In this document: one piece after another, positions 10,418 through 18,806 of the stretch
Position numbering within the stretch: position 1 is the first letter of the stretch
Layout of the letters: each line of letters begins with the position of its first letter
NCBI GenBank assembly: GCA_964403875.1
Contig: CAYOHX010000007.1
Coordinates: 3,842-67,841, forward strand
Length of the DNA stretch: 64,000 nucleotides
Direction: 5' to 3'
Source of the DNA: an uncultured Anaerolinea sp.
Lineage (GTDB): Bacteria; Chloroflexota; Anaerolineae; Anaerolineales; Anaerolineaceae
The notes under the pieces: generated by a model
Databases searched by the model: none
Told to the model about the DNA's origin: nothing
What the model saw: the letters and a program-made list of their open reading frames with translations, nothing else
Position numbers and translations under genes: made by a program

Positions 10418-12553
10418 ATGCCTTTACCGTCGGGAACGATTTTGTGCAACCGCTATCGGATTGTGTCCATCCTCGGACAAGGAGGAATGGGCGCGGTTTA
10501 TCGCGCCCAGGATGAGCATTTGGGCATTCCGGTGGCGGTCAAAGAAAACCTGTTCCTGACCGATGAGTACAGCCGCCAATTCCAGCGCGAAGCGCGCATC
10601 CTGGCCTCCATGCGTCATCCCAACCTTCCGCATGTGGGCGATTATTTTGTCCTGGAAGGGCAAGGCCAGTACCTGGTCATGGATTACATCGAAGGTGAGG
10701 ATTTGCGCCAGCGCATGGAGCGGCTTGGCCCGTTGAGCGAGCGCGACACGATTTTGATCGGTATTTCTATTTGCGATGCGCTGGAGCATTTGCACACACG
10801 CAACCCCTCGATCATTCACCGCGACGTGAAGCCGGGGAACATCAAGGTGACGGGGGATGGACAAGCCGTGTTGGTGGATTTTGGGCTGGCCAAGGTGATG
10901 CAGGGCAGCCAGGCCACCATGACCGGCGCGCGGGCCATGACTCCCGGCTATTCCCCGCCGGAACAGTACGGCACCTCCAGCACGGATCACCGCACCGATA
11001 TTTACTCCCTGGGGGCGACCCTTTATGCGGCCTTGACAGCCACGATCCCTGAAGATGGGCTGGCGCGAATGACGGGCAAGGCGCAACTGACCGATATTCG
11101 TGAATTGCGTCCCAAAATCAACAAACGCCTGGCGGATATTCTGGATAAAGCGCTGGAAGTGGAACCGGATGACCGCTTTCAGAGCGCGGATGAATTTCGC
11201 GCGGCGTTGATCGAATGTGGGGAAATGGCGGCTTTCTTCCGCGAGCGGCCAACTCTGGCTCCTCCGCCGGTGGCGGAAGAGATCGGCGAAGCGGGAGAGG
11301 TCATCATCAAGCCGCCCAGTAACAATCGCCGCCCTTCCAGACCCAAACCGATCAGCCGGGCCCGGCGGCGGAGGAAGAATTTGTGGGCCACGGGTGTGGC
11401 GATTTTCGTAGTCGCCGCGCTGGCCTATCTTGGGCTGCGCTTATGGCCCGATATCCCCAGAACGGTGATGGCGTTTGTGGCCCCGAACTCAGTCACTGCG
11501 ACGGTTCAGAATACGCCTCAAGGCGGTCAGGATCCGGCTGAGCCGGCCACCCCAGAACCTGTGCAGACCACGGGGGGCAACATAGAGCAGCCCACCGCAG
11601 CCGTGGAGAACACAGACACTCCCGAAGTTGGAATCCCATTGGATGAAACGCCCTCGCCCGAAGTAACGACATCGCCAACGCCCACGGCGTTGGGGGGTGG
11701 CCTGGCCCAAATCGCATTTGCGTCTGACCGGACGGGGAACTTCCAGATTTGGACGATCAATTCGGATGGCAAAGGTCTGAAGCAAATCACCAGTATGCGC
11801 GACGGCGCCTGCCAACCGGCCTGGTCGCCGGACGGGATGCGCCTGGCGTTTATTTCGCCGTGCATTTCCAAGGACGTGGAATATCCTGGCAGCAGCATCT
11901 ACCTGATCGATGTGGATGGCAGCAATCTGACGCCTCTGCCCGCCAGCCCGCAAGGCGATTTTGACCCGGCCTGGTCTTCCGATGGAAAGCACCTGGCTTT
12001 CACCTCCTTACGGTCGGGCAAAGCCGCCATTTTCACCATGAGCCTGGACAATCTGGATATCAAGCAGTTGTCCACTTCGAATTACGAAGAGCGCCAACCC
12101 TCCTGGTCACCCATCAGCCGCCAGATTGCTTTCATCCGCAGCGTGGTGTTTGGACAGGTGTGGATCATGTCGGATAATGGCGACCAAATCAATCAGTTCT
12201 CCATCAGCGGCGATTACAACAACTACAACCCAATTTGGGCCTGGGACGGCTCGGTGATCTTCTTCAACCAAACCGCCAATAATTCTAACGTGCCCTGGTT
12301 GATGGGGATGCGATTTGAAGATCGCAAGACATCCAAGGAATTCCGCGTGCCGGCCCAAAGCGCGGTCTCTATTGGCCCGATTGGCAAGGTCAGCTTATCG
12401 CCGGATGGCTTTTGGTTTGCTTTTGAGGGGTGGCCCGACGGGACCAACCATGACATCTATATCATGACTTTGAACGGGGCCAATCGCACCCGTTTGACGA
12501 CTGATTCCTCGTTTGATTTTGGCGCGGCCTGGCGCCCTGTTGCCTTACCATAG
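10418..12553 (+). CDS. Ser/Thr protein kinase (Hanks type) with TM helix and C-terminal TolB-like PD40 beta-propeller
   Basis: Kinase motifs GQGGMG, AVKE, HRDVKPGN, DFG and YSPPEQ; repeated PAWSPDG motifs at the C-terminus. Confidence 0.92.
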   Translation: MPLPSGTILCNRYRIVSILGQGGMGAVYRAQDEHLGIPVAVKENLFLTDEYSRQFQREARILASMRHPNLPHVGDYFVLEGQGQYLVMDYIEGEDLRQRMERLGPLSERDTILIGISICDALEHLHTRNPSIIHRDVKPGNIKVTGDGQAVLVDFGLAKVMQGSQATMTGARAMTPGYSPPEQYGTSSTDHRTDIYSLGATLYAALTATIPEDGLARMTGKAQLTDIRELRPKINKRLADILDKALEVEPDDRFQSADEFRAALIECGEMAAFFRERPTLAPPPVAEEIGEAGEVIIKPPSNNRRPSRPKPISRARRRRKNLWATGVAIFVVAALAYLGLRLWPDIPRTVMAFVAPNSVTATVQNTPQGGQDPAEPATPEPVQTTGGNIEQPTAAVENTDTPEVGIPLDETPSPEVTTSPTPTALGGGLAQIAFASDRTGNFQIWTINSDGKGLKQITSMRDGACQPAWSPDGMRLAFISPCISKDVEYPGSSIYLIDVDGSNLTPLPASPQGDFDPAWSSDGKHLAFTSLRSGKAAIFTMSLDNLDIKQLSTSNYEERQPSWSPISRQIAFIRSVVFGQVWIMSDNGDQINQFSISGDYNNYNPIWAWDGSVIFFNQTANNSNVPWLMGMRFEDRKTSKEFRVPAQSAVSIGPIGKVSLSPDGFWFAFEGWPDGTNHDIYIMTLNGANRTRLTTDSSFDFGAAWRPVALP

Positions 12554-12561
12554 GGGGGGAG

Positions 12562-14562
12562 ATGGCTCTCGAACCGGGTTCACTGCTCAACGACCGCTAT
12601 CGTATTGAAGAGGTCATTGCAAAAGGCGGTATGGGCGCTATTTATCGCGCCTTTGATGTAACCCTCAATATTTCGGTGGCGGTGAAAGAGAATTTCCTCA
12701 CCAGCGAGCAGTTTGCGCGCCAGTTTCGGCGTGAGGCCAGCCTGTTGGCGGGGATGCGCCACCCCAACCTGCCAAGGGTGACCGATCATTTCTCCCTGGA
12801 GGGTGTGGGGCAGTACCTGGTGATGGATTACATCGATGGGGATGATCTGCGCCAGATATTGGCCGATCGGGGGCAACTGCCAGAAACCGAGGTAGTGCGT
12901 ATTGGCGCGGCGGTCTGTGACGCGTTGGAATATCTCCATTCTCGCAAGCCTGCCATTGTGCATCGCGATGTGAAACCAGGGAACGTGAAAGTTTCCACCA
13001 GCGGCGTGGTTTACCTGGTGGATTTTGGCCTGGCAAAAATCGCGGAGGCCGGACAGGCCACCACCACCGGAGCCCAGGCGCTTACGCCGGGGTACGCTCC
13101 GCCGGAGCAGTATGGAGAAGGCACCGAGGCGCGCTCGGATATTTACGCGCTGGGGGCGACCCTTTATGCGGCGCTGACGGGCAAGATTCCTGAAGACGGA
13201 TTGGCGAGGGCAATGGGCTCGGCCCAGTTGACTCCCATTCGCAAACACGCGCCGGCTGTTTCTGAGCGCACGGCGCGGGTGATTGAAAAAGCGATGGAAG
13301 TGATGCCCAATGAGCGGTATCAGAGCGCGGCGGAATTCATGGCCGACTTGGTCGGTCCAGTTCAGGCAAACGCGGAAGAAACCATTCGCCGGGCGCAAAC
13401 CAGCGGCGGCTTACCGTCAATCCAGCCTGCAACCCCACTACCTGAAGCAGCGCAGCCCGCGCGCCGCGCCGCGCCCTGGGGGCTCATCGGCGGTGGTTTT
13501 GGCGCGCTTGCGGTCATCGCTGTGGTACTGGCGCTTATACTGCCCAATTTGACCAGACCCGCGGCGACCGAGCCGACCAGGACCCAGGCTCCCGTGGTCA
13601 TCGCGACGACCGCTCCCACCGAGACGCTGACGCCCCAGCCCTTCACTGAAACGCCCACGCCTACTGAAACAGTTGCGCCCACGGAAACGCCGGCGCCGAC
13701 CGACACGGTAGAGCCCACGGTGGCGGCTACCGCGTTGGGCGGCGCTGGTGGCGAGATTGCGTTTGTATCTGAACGCGGCGGCACGCCTCAGCTCTGGATC
13801 ATGAACCTGACGGGGGAGAACTACCGGCAAATTACCAGCCTGCCCGATGGAGCTTGCCAGCCAGATTGGTCTCCGGATGGGCAGCGGCTGGTGTTCGTCT
13901 CGCCCTGCAAAGGCAAAAAGGACTCCTACCCAGGTTCCAGCATGTTCATTGTCAATGCGGATGGAAAAGGCTTGACGCCGCTGGCTTCGCGCCCCGGCGG
14001 AGATTTTGACCCGGCCTGGTCACCGGACGGGCAGACCATTGCCTTCACTTCATTGCGAGATGGTAAGGATCAGATTTACCTGTACAGCCTGGCTGACAAC
14101 AGCGTGGTTCGCTTGTCTCCACCCACGGTGTATGAGCGCCGACCGGCCTGGTCGCCGGATGGGAGCCGGTTGGCTTATGAAACCACGCGCTCGGGCAGCT
14201 CGACCATTTGGCTGATGAACGCCGATGGTAGCAACCCCCAGGCTTTTACACAGACGGCCAGTGGGGTTGCGAATGCGCCCGACTGGGCGCCCGATGACAG
14301 CGTAATCGTGTTTAATTTGGGCACAGGGCTGCCCCCTTTGGCGTCCCGCCAGGTGGGCGTGAACACGGCGGATGTGTTCCCGGTGAACGATCAGGTTACC
14401 CCGGTAGAGGGCGCGCGCTTCTCGGCGGATTCGTGGTGGCTGGTGTTTGGGCGGAAACGCGACGGAAACGAAGATATCTGGATGATGATGCGCAACGGTG
14501 GAAGTCTGACGCAATTGACAACGGACCCGGCTGCGGATTATCACCCCGCCTGGCGGCCATAA
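12562..14562 (+). CDS. Ser/Thr protein kinase with TM helix and PD40 beta-propeller (paralog of upstream gene)
   Basis: Motifs KGGMG, HRDVKPGN, DFG and YAPPEQ; a Thr/Pro linker; PAWSPDG repeats. Confidence 0.92.
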   Translation: MALEPGSLLNDRYRIEEVIAKGGMGAIYRAFDVTLNISVAVKENFLTSEQFARQFRREASLLAGMRHPNLPRVTDHFSLEGVGQYLVMDYIDGDDLRQILADRGQLPETEVVRIGAAVCDALEYLHSRKPAIVHRDVKPGNVKVSTSGVVYLVDFGLAKIAEAGQATTTGAQALTPGYAPPEQYGEGTEARSDIYALGATLYAALTGKIPEDGLARAMGSAQLTPIRKHAPAVSERTARVIEKAMEVMPNERYQSAAEFMADLVGPVQANAEETIRRAQTSGGLPSIQPATPLPEAAQPARRAAPWGLIGGGFGALAVIAVVLALILPNLTRPAATEPTRTQAPVVIATTAPTETLTPQPFTETPTPTETVAPTETPAPTDTVEPTVAATALGGAGGEIAFVSERGGTPQLWIMNLTGENYRQITSLPDGACQPDWSPDGQRLVFVSPCKGKKDSYPGSSMFIVNADGKGLTPLASRPGGDFDPAWSPDGQTIAFTSLRDGKDQIYLYSLADNSVVRLSPPTVYERRPAWSPDGSRLAYETTRSGSSTIWLMNADGSNPQAFTQTASGVANAPDWAPDDSVIVFNLGTGLPPLASRQVGVNTADVFPVNDQVTPVEGARFSADSWWLVFGRKRDGNEDIWMMMRNGGSLTQLTTDPAADYHPAWRP

Positions 14563-14604
14563 GATCAGGTTGTTTTGTACCTGTCCGAAAATTCGGAAGG
14601 GAAA

Positions 14605-14655
14605 CGATTTTGAGATTGTTGCGCGTGCTTCGAACGCGCAACAACCTCAAAATCG
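14605..14655. repeat. Long palindrome (22-bp arms), REP-like element or bidirectional terminator
   Basis: Arms cgattttgagattgttgcgcgt and acgcgcaacaacctcaaaatcg (one mismatch), between convergent genes. Confidence 0.7.
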
Positions 14656-14687
14656 CAAACCGCCACAATAATTTTAGGATAGGTTCT

Positions 14688-15011
14688 TTAGGTTTCGGGC
14701 AGAGAAGAGGCGCGGCGGCGCAGGTCTTCCAGTTGTTTCCAATGCCGGTTCACGGCTTGTTTGCCGGCGGGGGTGATGCGCGCTTCGGTGTTGGTGCGCT
14801 TGCCGACAATGCGTTTGTCGATTTCGATCAAGCCGGATTCTTCCAGCCGGGTCAGGTGCGTGGAGAGGTTGCCCGCCGTGAGGCCGGTGAGCGATTGGAG
14901 GAAGAGAAAGTCGGCTTTGATGCAGGCGGATAACGCGGTGAGGATGGCCAGGCGGGCAGGCTCGTGGATGAGTCGGTCGATGGCAGCCAGGTCATCGCTA
15001 AGGCTGGACAT
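14688..15011 (-). CDS. Winged-helix transcriptional regulator (HTH_34, MarR/ArsR-like)
   Basis: DRLIHEPARLAIL...LTAGNLSTHLTRLEESG is typical of the HTH_34 family. Confidence 0.85.
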   Translation of the reverse strand: MSSLSDDLAAIDRLIHEPARLAILTALSACIKADFLFLQSLTGLTAGNLSTHLTRLEESGLIEIDKRIVGKRTNTEARITPAGKQAVNRHWKQLEDLRRRASSLPET

Positions 15012-15609
15012 TGACGGCCTCCTGCGCGGGGCGCAGCATACGGGTGAGCAACAGGTGATCTAGCAGTCCTACAATGCCAATTCCTAAGCCAAAGGTCAGG
15101 TTGAAAATGCCGTTGTACAGGCTGCCGTAGGGGGCAAGCCCGAGCAGGTTGGCCAATCCGGGGTAGAGGCTGAGCAGGGCTAAGATCACCCCAAAGACCC
15201 GGTAATACCTGCGGCGCGAATTTTTTCCGGCTAAAAACATCCACACAGCCACGGTGAATACGTACAGGCTGATCGGTGAACGAAAATTCCGGGCGATCAG
15301 CGTGTCGATTCTTCCCATCAGCATGATGGTGGCAAAGGCGATCATGACAAAGAGAAAGTACCGGCCAGGGTGAGCGACCTGTACAGTGCCATACCGCGCG
15401 CGGTAGTAGCGCGTGATGGGGATGAAAGCCAGGAACATGAGCGCCATGAGGGGTAAGGTGAGGGTGAGATCACCCTGCTTCCAAAGGGGCAGGGGGAAGA
15501 AATCCTGGGAAGCCATTGCCAACAGGAAGCAAGCAATGGGCAGATTGAGCAGGCCGCGGAGGCTCTCATAGTAACGGGTGATGAAGTGAATATCTTCTTT
15601 GGTCGTCAT
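14998..15609 (-). CDS. Hypothetical integral membrane protein co-transcribed with the HTH regulator
   Basis: About six hydrophobic segments. The ORF overlaps the regulator start. ATG at 15609 follows GAGG. Confidence 0.75.
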   Translation of the reverse strand: MTTKEDIHFITRYYESLRGLLNLPIACFLLAMASQDFFPLPLWKQGDLTLTLPLMALMFLAFIPITRYYRARYGTVQVAHPGRYFLFVMIAFATIMLMGRIDTLIARNFRSPISLYVFTVAVWMFLAGKNSRRRYYRVFGVILALLSLYPGLANLLGLAPYGSLYNGIFNLTFGLGIGIVGLLDHLLLTRMLRPAQEAVNVQP

Positions 15610-15641
15610 ATTTCCTCGCAAAATGATTTGTTTCAAAAAAT

Positions 15642-15688
15642 GGTTTGTGTTACAAAGTTAATTATAGACAATTTATCCATTGAGTCAA
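15642..15688 (-). promoter_or_regulatory. Sigma70-type promoter with palindromic operator
   Basis: Minus strand TTGACT-16nt-TATAAT (15688-15661), followed by a TTTG-N5-CAAA palindrome (15644-15656). Confidence 0.6.
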
Positions 15689-15764
15689 GAGGGAATTTTG
15701 ACACAAGCCAGGAGAAAACCGCAACGTAGAGGCGGGCAGGGTTTGAAGCGGCGAAAAAGAGGGG

Positions 15765-16733
15765 TTATCGCAGGGCGGCGGCGTAGGTTTCGGCGAAGAG
15801 GGCTGGCTGACCCCCGGTGTGCCAGAAGAGGACGGTTTCTCCGGGTTTGAAGAAGCCCGAGCGAATCAGGTCAATCATCCCGGCGGCAGCGCGGCCCGTG
15901 TAAACTGGGTCGAGCAGGATTCCTTCGGTCTCGGCAAACAGACGAATAGCTTCCTCTTCCGCCTGGCCCATGATTCCATACCCCTGGCCGAGGTAATCCG
16001 CATTCACCAAAATATCTTCTGGCTGCAAGCGCTTGTCAAATCCCAGGCGGTCGCCAGCCTCGCTGGCCAAAAAAGCAACCACTTCCTTGAGGTCGTGTTC
16101 GGGTTCATCAATGCTGATGCCCAGGACGTGGCCTTTCCACAGGGCGCGGCGGGCCCCCAGGGCCAAACCGGCTTGCGTGCCACCGGAGGAAGACGCAACG
16201 ATCATCCAGTCTACCGTTACGTTTCTTAACTGATGGGCGGCTTCATCGAAGGCGGCGGCATAGGCAGCCGAGCCGAGCGGATTGGAGGCTCCCAGCGGGA
16301 TCAGGTAAGGCCGCCGTCCGGCTTCCCAGGCAGTGTCGAAGGCAGCTTTGAGCGTTTCCTGGCGGGCCTCGCGCGTGGTCCAGACGATATCCGCCCCGAA
16401 AAGGTGGTCGAGTAGCAGGTTGCCGGTAGGGATTTGATTCGAGTCGCCATTGAGCACCAGAATGCAGCCCAGGCCGAGTTGGGCAGCCAAAGCCGCTGTT
16501 TGGCGGCAGTGATTGGATTGGGCGGCGCCCACGGTGATGAGCGTGCGGGCCCCATTGGTTTGCGCTTCGGCCAGGAGATATTCCAGCTTGCGGGTTTTGT
16601 TTCCGCCAAATGCCACCCCTGTCAAGTCGTCCCGCTTGATGAGCAGGCGCGGGCCACCCAGACGAGCCGAGAGGCGCGGCAGGGGTTGAATGGGGGTGGG
16701 CAGGCAGGCAAGAGATAGGTGAGGAAGTTTCAT
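15765..16733 (-). CDS. D-cysteine desulfhydrase / ACC-deaminase family PLP enzyme
   Basis: Motifs IKRDD, GGNKTRKLE, QSNH, LDPVYTG and FWHTGG. Confidence 0.88.
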   Translation of the reverse strand: MKLPHLSLACLPTPIQPLPRLSARLGGPRLLIKRDDLTGVAFGGNKTRKLEYLLAEAQTNGARTLITVGAAQSNHCRQTAALAAQLGLGCILVLNGDSNQIPTGNLLLDHLFGADIVWTTREARQETLKAAFDTAWEAGRRPYLIPLGASNPLGSAAYAAAFDEAAHQLRNVTVDWMIVASSSGGTQAGLALGARRALWKGHVLGISIDEPEHDLKEVVAFLASEAGDRLGFDKRLQPEDILVNADYLGQGYGIMGQAEEEAIRLFAETEGILLDPVYTGRAAAGMIDLIRSGFFKPGETVLFWHTGGQPALFAETYAAALR

Positions 16734-17818
16734 GCGGACACCTCTCGGCGGGTGCGTTCTTTGCCGCGATTGCGCATCACATCCAACAGGCGCGGCAGAA
16801 TTTGAGTATAGATATTATACAATGCCGGGCGGGAAGGATAGTCCCATGCGCCCAGGGTGCGCAACACCTGGGCTCCCAACCCTTCTTTGAAGCGGAAGAC
16901 ACCCCACATCGAGTCGCTTTCGTCAAATTTGTCCGGCGCGCCCCATAGATCATACGAGAGAGCCCCAGCGGCACGGGCGGCGCGCATGGCTTCCCATTGC
17001 AGGAGGTAGTTCGGCATCTTGTCGCGGTGCGCTTCGCGAGACATGCCGTACATGTACCAGGCTCGCCCGGCGAAGACGAACAAGATCAACCCTGCCACGG
17101 GCTCGCCTTCTACTTCCGCGATGAGTGGTTGGGCCAGGCCTTGTTCCATGAAACGACCCCACACGGCGCGGTAGTAGCCGAGTGGACGGATGACGAATCC
17201 GTCGCGGACGGAGGTTTCCGCGTACATGCGGTAGAGCAGGTCCAGGTCGGCGGTGTCGCCGCGCCGGATGGCGACCCCTTTGCGTTGGGCCAGGCGCAGG
17301 TTGTAACGGGTCTTCTGCTTCATGCGCGCCAGCCAGGCGTCTTCATCGGCGCTCAGATCCAACACGGCTGTGTTGCGAAATTGAATTTGCTCTTGCGAAT
17401 ATCGCCAGCCGCGCTGGGTAAGCTCTTGAACGAGGGCCGCGCCGGTGGGGTCATCGGTGGCATCCGCTGCGCCGGGGATCCCGGAACCCAACGCCACTTC
17501 GGGGTCCATTTTGATAAAAATCGCGCCGCTGCGCCGGGCCAATGTTTGAAGTTGATCGAGAACCGCTGCCCGGCGGGCCGGGTCAGACCAATCCAGGAGC
17601 GGTCCACGCGGAACGTATAGGATGCTCAATTTGGCCGAGAAGCCGCCCAAGCGGATGTTGCGGCGCAGCACCATTGCCGCTGCGGGTAGATCGGGCCAGC
17701 TCTGGGGCAGCGGAGCCCAGCCGTACTCGGCCTTGATCTGGCTCCAGGTCCAGGTTTGCAGGATGTTCGCGCCCGGCAGGCGGGCTACGGCGGCGTCCCA
17801 GTCGGCGGCATTGATCAC
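16730..17818 (-). CDS. FemAB/FemX-family aminoacyl-tRNA-dependent peptidyltransferase
   Basis: Motifs YVPRGP, MKQKTRYNLRLA, PNYLLQWEAM and FKEGLG. Likely GTG start at 17818 after GGGGAG; the longer ORF-track start overlaps the upstream gene. Confidence 0.85.
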   Translation of the reverse strand: MINAADWDAAVARLPGANILQTWTWSQIKAEYGWAPLPQSWPDLPAAAMVLRRNIRLGGFSAKLSILYVPRGPLLDWSDPARRAAVLDQLQTLARRSGAIFIKMDPEVALGSGIPGAADATDDPTGAALVQELTQRGWRYSQEQIQFRNTAVLDLSADEDAWLARMKQKTRYNLRLAQRKGVAIRRGDTADLDLLYRMYAETSVRDGFVIRPLGYYRAVWGRFMEQGLAQPLIAEVEGEPVAGLILFVFAGRAWYMYGMSREAHRDKMPNYLLQWEAMRAARAAGALSYDLWGAPDKFDESDSMWGVFRFKEGLGAQVLRTLGAWDYPSRPALYNIYTQILPRLLDVMRNRGKERTRREVSA

Positions 17819-17822
17819 GATG

Positions 17823-18806
17823 TCATTCTCCCCGCCGGGCTGCCCAACGGCGATACAGCGCATAGAGGAGCGGATTGTAGACTTTTTCGTAGGTGGGCGC
17901 AGCGCGGCGCAACAGCCCGCCGAAACCGCGTTTAAAACGATACACCCCCCACAACCCATCGGAGCGCTGCTCAAAACCAGCTTCCAGGGTTTCTTCGTCC
18001 TCGTCCGGCACGCCCCACAGGTCATATTGGGCGCAGCCCCGCGCGGCGGCCCAACGCATGGCCTCAAATTGCAGCAGGTAGGTGGGCATGCGGTTGCGCT
18101 CGCGGTCGTTCGATGCGCCATAAAAATACCAGGCCCGTTTTCCCAGGGCAAAGACCATCAAGGCGGCCAGAGGTTGGCCCTCGAACTCTGCCAGGAGCAG
18201 TTCAGCCAGTCCGCGCGGGTGGAACAGTTGGTAGGCGCGGCGATAATAGTCCAGGCTGTGCACGCCAAAGCCGTCCCGCTCCCCGGTGCTTTGCATGAGG
18301 GCATAAAAGCCTTCCACATCCTGCGAGGGGCGCACGGTGATGTCTTTGCGTTGGGCCAGGCGGATATTATAGCGGGTCTTTTGCTTCATGCGCTCCAGCC
18401 AATCCGCCTCGGAACCTTCCAGCGAGACGACCAGTGTACGGCGCGGCTGAACGGGAATGCCATCGGGGCGGAAGCCGGGAAGGCGGGTGGGAGCGTCCAG
18501 GGGATCAACATCCCAGCAGTCGGGTTCCACCTTGAGTGCAATGGCCCGTTTTTGGCGGCACAAGCGGTCGACTTCGGGCCACAGGCTGGGCCAATCGGGG
18601 CCGATGGGGCCTTTGGGGAGATACGCGATGCTGAGTCCAGCCATGCGTCGGAAGAGAATCTGAGCGCCGGTTTGCCCGACGGTAATTCGTTCGGGCTGCC
18701 AGCCAAAAGCAGACTTCAAATCACCCCAGGCGGCCGTTTGCAGCACGTGCGCTTCGGGCGCGCGGCTCAAAAAAGCATCCCATTCGGTGGCGGAGAACAG
18801 AGTCAT
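17823..18806 (-). CDS. FemAB/FemX-family peptidyltransferase (second paralog)
   Basis: Motifs YLPKGP, MKQKTRYNIRLA, PTYLLQFEAM and FKRGFGG. Confidence 0.88.
   Translation of the reverse strand: MTLFSATEWDAFLSRAPEAHVLQTAAWGDLKSAFGWQPERITVGQTGAQILFRRMAGLSIAYLPKGPIGPDWPSLWPEVDRLCRQKRAIALKVEPDCWDVDPLDAPTRLPGFRPDGIPVQPRRTLVVSLEGSEADWLERMKQKTRYNIRLAQRKDITVRPSQDVEGFYALMQSTGERDGFGVHSLDYYRRAYQLFHPRGLAELLLAEFEGQPLAALMVFALGKRAWYFYGASNDRERNRMPTYLLQFEAMRWAAARGCAQYDLWGVPDEDEETLEAGFEQRSDGLWGVYRFKRGFGGLLRRAAPTYEKVYNPLLYALYRRWAARRGE

Noticed and set aside
17819-18151. N-terminal extension of the 473-aa ORF overlapping the upstream femAB gene (possible frameshift fusion)
   Set aside because: The extension is not protein-like, a GTG with an RBS at 17818 gives a normal-length Fem protein, and no slippery site is evident.
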